Source: Pseudomonadales bacterium (GTDB lineage Bacteria; Pseudomonadota; Gammaproteobacteria; Pseudomonadales; UBA7239). Taken from it: a stretch of DNA of 64,000 nucleotides. Location: assembly GCA_041395665.1 (NCBI GenBank), contig JAWLAB010000004.1, positions 42,227 through 106,226 of the forward strand, given 5' to 3'. The notes beneath the pieces were generated by a model, which was not told where the DNA came from, made no database searches, and was given only the letters and a program-made list of their open reading frames with translations. Each line of letters begins with the position of its first letter. Within the stretch, counting starts at the first letter, position 1. The position numbers and the translations under genes were made by a program. Positions 44,159-52,200 of the stretch are shown here, one piece after another.

Positions 44159-44862
44159 TTAGAGCAGATCAAAGGTTTTGCTGATTTCTAATGTGAAACG
44201 ATTTTCTTCTGGTTCTGCTTTGTTGTGTAGGGTGTTTTTCCAATAGTTCACGGAAAAATCAGTGTCAAACCAAGTGCGTGCCAGGCCCACGCGATAGAAA
44301 CTGTAGTCTAGGTAACATTGGTTTCTAAGTCGACACGAGCGGTCGTCAACAACGACGAAAGTTCGTAAACAGGTAAAGGTTGCGCGTGCTCAAGAATGAT
44401 GCGGCGCTGTACACCATCCCATACTTTGCTGTCTTCTGCATAGTAGTAGTACAGCGAGGTATTTTCTTGCCAAGTAAAGCCAGCAAACCATTCTTGGTAA
44501 TCCCATTCATCGTGATCGCTGCCGCTGTCGATGTGATACCAAGTGTAGTGGGTAATGCCGATGTCGCCTTCTAAATCCTCCGTCAAGGCGTGTTTGAAGC
44601 CGAGAGTGTAGTCCAACTCTAGGTTGGGCGTATCGTGGTCATCGCTATCTATATTGGAGCCCCAAACGCCGGCATAAAAACCGCTGCTGTGTTCGTAGTC
44701 CAAGCCTACTTGTAAGGCTGGCCCCGAGTCTGTAGCGCTAACGCCGTCGGCAACATAGTCGCTGGCGAGAGTGGTTGTTAGGCTGAGTGACGATTCGGCT
44801 TGTGCGGTAGCTGAGAGCAGTGCACAGCAGCCAGATAGGATTACAGGCAGGGTAGAGCGCAT
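44159..44862 (-). CDS. TorF-family putative outer-membrane porin, frame shift near 44308
   Basis: Signal peptide MRSTLPVILSGCCALLSATAQA. Motifs LASDYVADGVSATDSGPALQVGLDYEHSSGFYAGVWGSN. The track ORF stops at 44308, but the barrel continues in another frame (DYSFYRVGLARTWFDTDFSVNYWKNTLHNKAEPEENRFTLEISKTFDLL*) to 44159. Confidence 0.7.
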
Positions 44863-44961
44863 AAGAAAGAGACCTCCATAATGTGTATTCGTGAAAAAAG
44901 CGTGAAGATTCTACAGTAAACGCGAATCACTATCATTATTTTTTGTAGTCTGAAGGAGGCA

Positions 44962-44987
44962 CAAAAAACCCGCCACGAGGGCGGGTT
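44962..44987 (-). terminator. Rho-independent terminator ending the carbamoyltransferase gene string
   Basis: Minus strand reads ACCCGCC-ctcgtg-GGCGGGT followed by TTTTTTGT, about 20 nt after the stop of the 50-aa ORF. Confidence 0.8.
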
Positions 44988-45006
44988 CGGCGTAGCAGCG
45001 CTACTG

Positions 45007-45159
45007 TTAGAACAAGGTGTAGATGAATGGTGCCACTGCCGAGCCATGGGCAAACACGATCAACAGACCCAGTAGCAACATAACGATCACGATAGGTGCC
45101 AGCCAGTATTTTTTGCGCTCTTTCATGAAGCCGGAAAAGTCTTTGAGTAATTCGAGCAT
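45007..45159 (-). CDS. Small membrane protein, DUF5989 / SxtK-like (50 aa; below the ORF-track cutoff)
   Basis: Manual translation: MLELLKDFSGFMKERKKYWLAPIVIVMLLLGLLIVFAHGSAVAPFIYTLF*. Its ATG overlaps the upstream stop (TAATG). It has one transmembrane helix. Position after carbamoyltransferase-SxtJ matches the conserved trio. Confidence 0.75.
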   Translation of the reverse strand: MLELLKDFSGFMKERKKYWLAPIVIVMLLLGLLIVFAHGSAVAPFIYTLF

Positions 45160-45587
45160 TAGTAAGGTTTCTCCATCTGTTGGCGGGCAGGATTGTTACG
45201 AGTGACACGGTAGCTGTCTAGTGCGGCGTTCAGTTGGCGGTGCATAGGATCTTTGCCGGTAAGCCGCATTACAAACCCCATCGGCATAAACAAGCCATAG
45301 AACAAAATGAACAAAATAATACGCGTGTTGATAAATCCTAAGCCTTCAGCCAGCTTCATCCACGGTTTGTAAAAGTAAATCAAGCTAGCAGGGTGTAAAA
45401 GCGCCCAAGCGATTAGCGCGCCACCCGCTGGGCCTACATAGAGCAGCCAGCGCAGCATGGTTTCTATGCCGCTGTGCAGCCAAGGCAAAAAGCAGCCAAT
45501 CAAGCCAATAAGAATGGCGCCAGTCACTAAGCCAAACTTGCGCAGTTCAGCTTCCGTCATTTCAGTTTTTTTGTCGGAAGTGTTCAT
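45159..45587 (-). CDS. SxtJ-family membrane protein
   Basis: 142 aa. Hydrophobic core LRKFGLVTGAILIGLIGCFLPWL...FINTRIILFILFYGLFMPMGFVMRLTGKDPM. Start overlaps the carbamoyltransferase stop (TGATG). Confidence 0.7.
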   Translation of the reverse strand: MNTSDKKTEMTEAELRKFGLVTGAILIGLIGCFLPWLHSGIETMLRWLLYVGPAGGALIAWALLHPASLIYFYKPWMKLAEGLGFINTRIILFILFYGLFMPMGFVMRLTGKDPMHRQLNAALDSYRVTRNNPARQQMEKPY

Positions 45588-47449
45588 CAGTCGAGCTCGA
45601 ATTCGTCTTTCCAGTTATCGTTTTTCTCCCAAACCGGTTGATCAGGTTTGGCGAGCAAATAGTTCTCTAATACCAAATAATCCATCTCGCAGCGCATGAA
45701 GCAGCGATAGGCATCTTCTGGCGTGTTGACGATAGGTTCGCCACGCACATTAAACGATGTGTTGATGGAGACAGGGCAGCCAGTGAGTTTTTCAAATTCA
45801 TCCAGCAGTGTGTAAAAACGCGGATTGGTTTCAGGATGCACGGTTTGAATACGCGCCGAGTAATCCACATGTGTGACAGCAGGAATTTGAGAACGAGGCA
45901 CATTTAGTTTTTCGATACCGAATAATCTTTCTTGCTCCAATGTCATCGGAATACGCTTGTCTTCTGCAACCGGCGCCACCATCAACATATAAGGGCTAAC
46001 TGCTGTGTGCTGAAACCACTCGCCAACTTTGTCGGCTTTGACAGCGGGCGCAAATGGGCGAAAAGATTCGCGGTATTTGATTTTTAAATTCATCACCGAT
46101 TGCATTTTAGGGCTGCGTGGATCGCCGATGATGGAGCGACCGCCGAGTGCGCGCGGACCAAATTCCATGCGACCTTGAAACCAGCCGACCACATTTTCGT
46201 TCGCCATAATTTGCGCGAGTTTTGGCAGCAATTCACTGTCATCAAGGCGTTGATATTTCGCGCCGATGTTATCGAGATAGGTTTGTATTTCATTGTCGTT
46301 ATAACGAGGGCCGAGATAGCTGCCCTGCATGGAATCGCCAGCTAGAACAGTGCGCGGCTTGTCGAGATACTGATGCCAAATTGCGAGAGCAGCGCCGAGT
46401 GCGCCACCAGCATCACCCGCCGCAGGTTGTACCCAAATTTCAGAGAAAGGCCCTTCGCGTAGCAAGCGGCCGTTAGATACGCAATTCAATGCAACACCGC
46501 CAGCGAGGCAGAGTTTATCGATGCCGAGTTCTTTGTGTGCGGTGCGCGCCAGTTTCAGAACAATTTCTTCCGTCACCGCTTGAATCGAACGCGCAATATC
46601 CATTTCTTTTTGTGATACTTCTGATTCGCGCGCGCGAGGCGGTCCGTTAAACAGACGATGAAATTTATCATTCGTCATCGTCAAGCCAGCGGCGTAATTG
46701 AAGTAACTCATATTGAGCCGGAAGCTGCCATCCGGTTTTACATCGACTAAATGATCGAAAATTAAATCGACATATTTGGGCGTGCCGTAAGGTGCAAGCC
46801 CCATCAATTTATATTCACCAGAATTGACTTTGAAACCGGTGTAATAAGTAAAGGCGGAATACAGTAAGCCGAGTGAGTGTGGGAAGTTGATGTCCCACTG
46901 CGGCGTGAGAGTGTTGCCATCGCCAACCCACACCGAGCTGGTAGCCCATTCGCCCACACCATCCAGACACATCACTACCGCTTTTTCAAACGGGCTGGGA
47001 AAAAAAGCAGAAGCGGCGTGTGATTGGTGATGCTCGGTAAACATCAACGGCGCTAATTCATTTTCTTTCATGCCACCGAGTTCCGACAGTTCACGGCGCA
47101 AAGTTTTTTTCAAATACAGTTTTTCTTTTAACCAAACGGGAATGGCTTTAACGAAAGAACGAAAACCTGCCGGTGCGTAAGCGAGGTAAGTTTCTAACAA
47201 GCGTTCAAATTTAATGAGTGGCTTGTCGTAGAACACCACATGTGTGACATCGCGCAATGACAAACCCGCTTCACGCAAACAATAGCGAATCGCTTCAGCA
47301 GGAAAATTAGCATCATGTTTTTTGCGCGTGAAACGCTCTTCTTGTGCAGCGGCGACAATCCTTCCATCTACCACCAGGGCAGCGGCGCTGTCATGGTAGT
47401 AGGCGGAGATGCCGAGGATGGCGATGGGGCGATGGCTGGATTGAGACAC
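45587..47449 (-). CDS. NodU/CmcH-family carbamoyltransferase
   Basis: 620 aa. N-terminus ILGISAYYHDSAAALVVDGRIVAAAQEERFTRKKHD and C-terminal region SINTSFNVRGEPIVNTPEDAYRCF are typical of O-carbamoyltransferases. GTG start. Confidence 0.9.
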   Translation of the reverse strand: MSQSSHRPIAILGISAYYHDSAAALVVDGRIVAAAQEERFTRKKHDANFPAEAIRYCLREAGLSLRDVTHVVFYDKPLIKFERLLETYLAYAPAGFRSFVKAIPVWLKEKLYLKKTLRRELSELGGMKENELAPLMFTEHHQSHAASAFFPSPFEKAVVMCLDGVGEWATSSVWVGDGNTLTPQWDINFPHSLGLLYSAFTYYTGFKVNSGEYKLMGLAPYGTPKYVDLIFDHLVDVKPDGSFRLNMSYFNYAAGLTMTNDKFHRLFNGPPRARESEVSQKEMDIARSIQAVTEEIVLKLARTAHKELGIDKLCLAGGVALNCVSNGRLLREGPFSEIWVQPAAGDAGGALGAALAIWHQYLDKPRTVLAGDSMQGSYLGPRYNDNEIQTYLDNIGAKYQRLDDSELLPKLAQIMANENVVGWFQGRMEFGPRALGGRSIIGDPRSPKMQSVMNLKIKYRESFRPFAPAVKADKVGEWFQHTAVSPYMLMVAPVAEDKRIPMTLEQERLFGIEKLNVPRSQIPAVTHVDYSARIQTVHPETNPRFYTLLDEFEKLTGCPVSINTSFNVRGEPIVNTPEDAYRCFMRCEMDYLVLENYLLAKPDQPVWEKNDNWKDEFELD

Positions 47450-47531
47450 TGCGACTACCGACTCGTGGGAAAGCGTGGATTCTAGCCGAAGTTGCCAGTG
47501 GCAGCAGCCTTGAATCGGCTGGTATTTCGCA

Positions 47532-48797
47532 TCATGCCTGCAGCAGTGGAATGTGATCTTCTAACTTGGTTTGGTACAGCACCGTGCCTTTGGCGATTTG
47601 AACCGGCAATGGGTCAGATACTGAGGGTGCGGTGTTATCAATATTGATGATCCAGTGCAGTGGCGAGTTGCCAGCAGTAAGCGTTGCCTGTGGGTTGATG
47701 CCATGAATAATGGCTTCCAGCCCAGCAGTTTTACCCTGTGGCAGCAGGCTGTACCAACCTAACGCCCAATCTTCTGCTTCATGCAGAGCAATACAGTCAG
47801 CAATATGAATTTCGGCGTTGTTTGCGCTGGTTTTTTGAATGCTGAAGGCGTGATATTCGCAGGGCTGAAAAGCTGGGTGTACGCTCAAAACTTCAATCAT
47901 CGTGTCGATATTGTTTTGCGTACTGGATTCATCGTCAGTAAAGCATTTTTTTAAGCGCTCACTCATTACCCAGCCGCTGCCCATCATTTGAAACTCTGCA
48001 ATAGTGCGAGCCGCAGCCTTACCGTATTTTTTAGCGACTGCCATCATCAAACCGAGTATCAATAAATGGTTTTGAATGGCCAGTTCTTTACAAATTACAA
48101 CGAGCGCTGCGTGAGAAAATTGCTCAAAGCACAATTGTTCAAATACTTTTCCATGATAAAAATCCATGCCGCCTGTTTCGCGATTGTCCGAGCGCGCGAT
48201 AGGCAGCACAGCCAATTGTGATTGCCGCAATGCGCGTGTGACATCAGGCTCAATTAGCGGCTCGGCATCGTGATCGATAAACACATTCCATTCACAGTGC
48301 GGTGCGCGATCAACCGGCACGCGTGGAGGCCGATGCACAGGGCGCATACGCGCACGCGGATTGGTGGCGATGGCAGTACCATCAAAAGTGGGATCTTCGA
48401 TGTCGTGGCACATAATTTTTACTGCTGCTTCGCCGCGCGGTTCTGTTTCTAACAACGGGCCGCAGCTAGCTAGCCAAAAGCGGCCTTTGTCTTCGGCCTG
48501 CACTTCAAAATGTGCGTCGAAATATTGGTGTGTTAATCCGCAGTCTAACTGCAAGCCTTTGAAAATAGTGGCGACATCCGTGCTGCCCGCAAAGCCCAGC
48601 GCCTGTTGCATGCGCTGTGTATAAATAGGGCTGGCGGCGAGCCAGTTGTCGATAGCAATATCTTTGTAGGCTTCATCACCGTGATTCATACGCAACGCCG
48701 CATAACCGGTACGGCTATTAAATTGCGCTGCCACCATGTATTCGCGCGCCAGTTGTGCCAGTTGTGCGCGAGAAAAATCTTCCAGTTTTTTTCGCAT
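47532..48797 (-). CDS. Hypothetical protein, 421 aa, two homologous halves (no family confidently recognised)
   Basis: Long ORF in operon context. Internal repeat at a constant offset of 219 residues: FS8/FS227, HG39/YG258, RMQQ62/RLKK281, and a Cys after an amphipathic stretch (C112/C335). Confidence 0.7.
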   Translation of the reverse strand: MRKKLEDFSRAQLAQLAREYMVAAQFNSRTGYAALRMNHGDEAYKDIAIDNWLAASPIYTQRMQQALGFAGSTDVATIFKGLQLDCGLTHQYFDAHFEVQAEDKGRFWLASCGPLLETEPRGEAAVKIMCHDIEDPTFDGTAIATNPRARMRPVHRPPRVPVDRAPHCEWNVFIDHDAEPLIEPDVTRALRQSQLAVLPIARSDNRETGGMDFYHGKVFEQLCFEQFSHAALVVICKELAIQNHLLILGLMMAVAKKYGKAAARTIAEFQMMGSGWVMSERLKKCFTDDESSTQNNIDTMIEVLSVHPAFQPCEYHAFSIQKTSANNAEIHIADCIALHEAEDWALGWYSLLPQGKTAGLEAIIHGINPQATLTAGNSPLHWIINIDNTAPSVSDPLPVQIAKGTVLYQTKLEDHIPLLQA

Positions 48798-48814
48798 GGT
48801 ATTGCTCCTGTTTT

Positions 48815-49558
48815 TTATAGTTGGAATGTTTGTGTGGCGATGGCTGTGCCTTGCTCATTGAATTGCCGTTCAAAAAAATGTGTTTGATGGTCGTGTGTTT
48901 GCAGCACCAAACTTGAGCAGCGTGTGCCGTAATTATCGAAGTGTATAAAACTAGCAGAGAGTTTTTGCTCCAACCATTGTGGAATGCCGGTGTTTGGCAG
49001 TTGATCGTCGCTGGCGATGGTTTTGTCAGCAAGCAAACAGAACAACGATTCGTGTTCCAAATCAGACAAAGTTTCGGTGAGTGCTTGTTTGCCTGCCTCA
49101 ACTTTTGGCCAAGGTGTATCGAGAGCTGCATTCGATAAGCCATAAATACCGGCCTGCAAAGCAAAATTTTCTCCATTGCTATTGCAGTAGTGTAGTGCGT
49201 TGCCATCGCCCAACAGCAAATTAAATGGGCTGTAATCCGCAAGATGGTTTTGCAGTTGAGTAATAAATTGTGCAGGCGATTGATTGCTGCTGAGAAAGTC
49301 GCGCACTAAATGTCCGCGTGAATGCGTGCCTTCTGGTGCGGAAGGATCGCGCACATTGGTGATAGCAGCGAAGCGAGCATTGCGTGTGACACCGAGCCAA
49401 GTGCCACCTTGTTCTAAATCGCGACCAGCGAGAATATTGGGTGCGTCTTGCCAAAAATGTGCAGGAGCAGAAGAGCGGGCATAAAACTCATCGCGATTGG
49501 CGGCCACCACCAATTTGTATTGAGGGTGGCTCTGCCAAGCAAAAAGAATTAGGCACAT
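48815..49558 (-). CDS. NRDE-family protein (TANGO2/DUF833-like)
   Basis: MCLILFAWQSHPQYKLVVAANRDEFYARSSAPAHFW...GGTWLGV carries the N-terminal Cys and the NRDE signature. Confidence 0.85.
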   Translation of the reverse strand: MCLILFAWQSHPQYKLVVAANRDEFYARSSAPAHFWQDAPNILAGRDLEQGGTWLGVTRNARFAAITNVRDPSAPEGTHSRGHLVRDFLSSNQSPAQFITQLQNHLADYSPFNLLLGDGNALHYCNSNGENFALQAGIYGLSNAALDTPWPKVEAGKQALTETLSDLEHESLFCLLADKTIASDDQLPNTGIPQWLEQKLSASFIHFDNYGTRCSSLVLQTHDHQTHFFERQFNEQGTAIATQTFQL

Positions 49559-49562
49559 AGCA

Positions 49563-52130
49563 TCATTCGGGTATTTTCTGCGGCAACACAGAAAGAAATG
49601 CCATGAATACCGCAGCGAGATAAGCCAGTGATTGCATCAACAACATAAAGAACCAAGCCCATGAATCGCCGGTTTCCATGTCGTGTGTGATCAACATGGC
49701 TGCTGCTGCGCCCCATAGTAATAACAAGAAAAATAATTCTTCACGACACTCTGCTAAAGCCAGCATAAACCCACCTTGATCACGCATTTTTGGTGTGCGG
49801 AAAAAAGGAATAGTTTTCGTAAATAGACCATAAATAATAGATTTAGCGATAGTGTGAGAGAGCGCTAAACCCGCTATTGCCGCGCCGACAGATGTGCTCA
49901 TCGGTACTTTCATGTGGCTCTTGTAAATGTACAAAATTTTGCCGAGTTTGAAGAAAAATAAAATCAACGGCGGCAGCGCAAACACCAAGGCGGGTGGTAA
50001 AACGCGTGTCGGCGCGAGCAGCATGGCGGATGTCCACAGCAATGCGCCGCCGGTAAAAAATAAATTCATACCGTCAGCTACCCAAGGCATCCAGCCGGCG
50101 ATGAAGTGGTAGCGTTGTCCTCGTGTTAATTTTGTATCTTCACCTTTGAATAAACTGCGGAAATGGCCTTTCATGATTTGCATCGCACCGTAAGCCCAGC
50201 GGAAGCGTTGTTTTTTGTAATCGATAAAGCGATCGGGCATCACGCCTTTGCCGTAAGAATTGCTGACATAAGCAGCGGACAAACCTTCTTCAAAAGCGCG
50301 TAAACCTAGTTCTGCATCTTCAGTAATCGTCCACTCTGCCCAACCGAGTCTGTCCATCACATCGCGGCGAATCATGGTCATGGTGCCGTGTTGAATAATG
50401 GCGTTGCGATCATTGCGTGTGACCATGCCGATATGAAAAAAACCTTTGTATTCGGCGTAACACAATTTTTTGAACAGCGACCAATCGCCATCGCGATAAT
50501 CTTGCGGTGCTTGCACGATAGCAATTTTTGGATCAGCAAAATGCGGTACCAAATGTTTGAGCCAGTTGGGGTCGACACAATAATCACTGTCGATAACCGC
50601 GATAATTTCTGAATCGGATGCAGTGCGTTCCAGCGCCCAGTTCAATGCGCCGCCTTTGAAGCCTTCTAGCGGTGCAACATGGAAGAAGCGAAAGCGAGGG
50701 CCTAGCGTTTTGCAATATTCTTCAACCGGACGCCACACATTTTCATCTTTGGTGTTGTTGTCGATGATCATCACTTCGAAATCGGGATAATCGAGTGCCG
50801 CTAACGCGTCGAGCGTTTCTTTCACCATGTCGGGCGGTTCGTTGTAACACGGCACTTGTATGCACACTTTGGGGCGGTAGGCGTCATCGCTGGCAACACC
50901 AATAAATGGTCTACGGCGCTGCGCCCACACGGTTTCTGCCAACTCATGTGCTTCGGTGAACATGACGATGAATACACCCACTGCAGCAAGCACCAACAAG
51001 ATACCGAGCGTGACATTCAGCCAAGTCATGTATTGCTGCGAATAATCGTAAGTGACGATGACGAGAAAAGAGGCAAACAAAAACGCAACAAAGGCGAGAA
51101 AAGCACGGCCGCGCTGTTTCAAACCAGAGCTGTCGATCAACAACAAAGCCAGCGTCAGAATTGCCATGATGACAGATACGACAGCGAGTAAACGCCACTG
51201 CGGAATTTTGACTACGCTGCCTTCAAATGGAAATTTTGGTTGGCGATTGACGTTGTAAACACCCCAGTATTTTCCTACATCACCTTCCGCACCGGATTTC
51301 CATAATTGGTCAAATGCTTCGATGACAAAATAGTTGTAACCCGCTGTGTTGAGTGCGTTCAGCAAAGTGCGCAAATAAATGGCTTGATCAACTTGGTTGG
51401 CTTCTGCTGCTCCTCGGCTGCGGCCAAAAGAGGGCCAGCCCACCTCGCCGAGCAACAAAGGCTTTTGTGAGAACACCGTTTTGAGTACGCCAGATTTTTC
51501 TAAAACAAAACCGACCGATGCACTGGATGGGATTTTTTCCCAAAAAGGAAGAATGTGTGCGGTAACGACATCAACATGTTGCGCGAGCTCTGGATATTTC
51601 AACCAAATATCCCAAGTTTCTGCCGTTGTAACGGGTACTTTTACTTTGCTGCGCACTTGTTCGATGTAGTCGATCAAACGCGGTAAATCCACCTCGCGGC
51701 GATACATACTTTCGTTGCCAACCATCACCATAGTGATATTGCGATTGTTATTGATCACATCGATTGCGCGTGCAATTTCCGCTTCATTGTCTTTCTCGAT
51801 GTTACTGATCCAAATGCCTTGCACCACACTCATGCCGAACTCTTGTGCCAAACGCGGAATGTCAGCTTGTGTGCCTGTCACTGAATAGGTGCGGATGTTG
51901 CGCGTTTGCTTGGATAACAATGCAAGATCTTGACGAATTTCGTCGTGGCTGGGGTGAATGTTTTTAGTGGGATCCTGCCCATTTTGATACGGCGAATAAG
52001 CGTAGCCAGATATTGAATCAGGCCAATTAGGTGCCTGTAGTGGGCGGTTAAAAAATGCCCAAACAGCAATAACTGTGGCGGCGATGCCGGTGACAATGGC
52101 AAGGTTGATGATGGTTTTTTGGCTGATCAT
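49563..52130 (-). CDS. Bifunctional GH17 glucanosyltransferase / GT2 processive beta-glucan synthase (NdvB-type architecture)
   Basis: 855 aa. N-terminal transmembrane helix, then GH17 motifs (MVGNESM; LLLGEVGWPS). Transmembrane block, then GT2 motifs (VPCYNEP, AVIDSDY, TEDAELG, QRFRWAYG). C-terminal transmembrane helices. Confidence 0.85.
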   Translation of the reverse strand: MISQKTIINLAIVTGIAATVIAVWAFFNRPLQAPNWPDSISGYAYSPYQNGQDPTKNIHPSHDEIRQDLALLSKQTRNIRTYSVTGTQADIPRLAQEFGMSVVQGIWISNIEKDNEAEIARAIDVINNNRNITMVMVGNESMYRREVDLPRLIDYIEQVRSKVKVPVTTAETWDIWLKYPELAQHVDVVTAHILPFWEKIPSSASVGFVLEKSGVLKTVFSQKPLLLGEVGWPSFGRSRGAAEANQVDQAIYLRTLLNALNTAGYNYFVIEAFDQLWKSGAEGDVGKYWGVYNVNRQPKFPFEGSVVKIPQWRLLAVVSVIMAILTLALLLIDSSGLKQRGRAFLAFVAFLFASFLVIVTYDYSQQYMTWLNVTLGILLVLAAVGVFIVMFTEAHELAETVWAQRRRPFIGVASDDAYRPKVCIQVPCYNEPPDMVKETLDALAALDYPDFEVMIIDNNTKDENVWRPVEEYCKTLGPRFRFFHVAPLEGFKGGALNWALERTASDSEIIAVIDSDYCVDPNWLKHLVPHFADPKIAIVQAPQDYRDGDWSLFKKLCYAEYKGFFHIGMVTRNDRNAIIQHGTMTMIRRDVMDRLGWAEWTITEDAELGLRAFEEGLSAAYVSNSYGKGVMPDRFIDYKKQRFRWAYGAMQIMKGHFRSLFKGEDTKLTRGQRYHFIAGWMPWVADGMNLFFTGGALLWTSAMLLAPTRVLPPALVFALPPLILFFFKLGKILYIYKSHMKVPMSTSVGAAIAGLALSHTIAKSIIYGLFTKTIPFFRTPKMRDQGGFMLALAECREELFFLLLLWGAAAAMLITHDMETGDSWAWFFMLLMQSLAYLAAVFMAFLSVLPQKIPE

Positions 52131-52200
52131 TTACGATCCATTTTTAGTAGGTCAAAGTAAAAAGTGTACGCACTGGCAGAGCATAGCAGTTTGTGCTGGT

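Noticed and set aside
47450-47531. Sigma54-like TGGCA...GC element and TGCCAGTGGCA palindrome (47493-47503) in the 82-nt gap upstream of the carbamoyltransferase
   Set aside because: The GG-to-GC spacing is two bases off the -24/-12 consensus. The palindrome has a 1-nt centre, too tight for a hairpin. It may be a protein site or an internal promoter, but I cannot support either from sequence alone.
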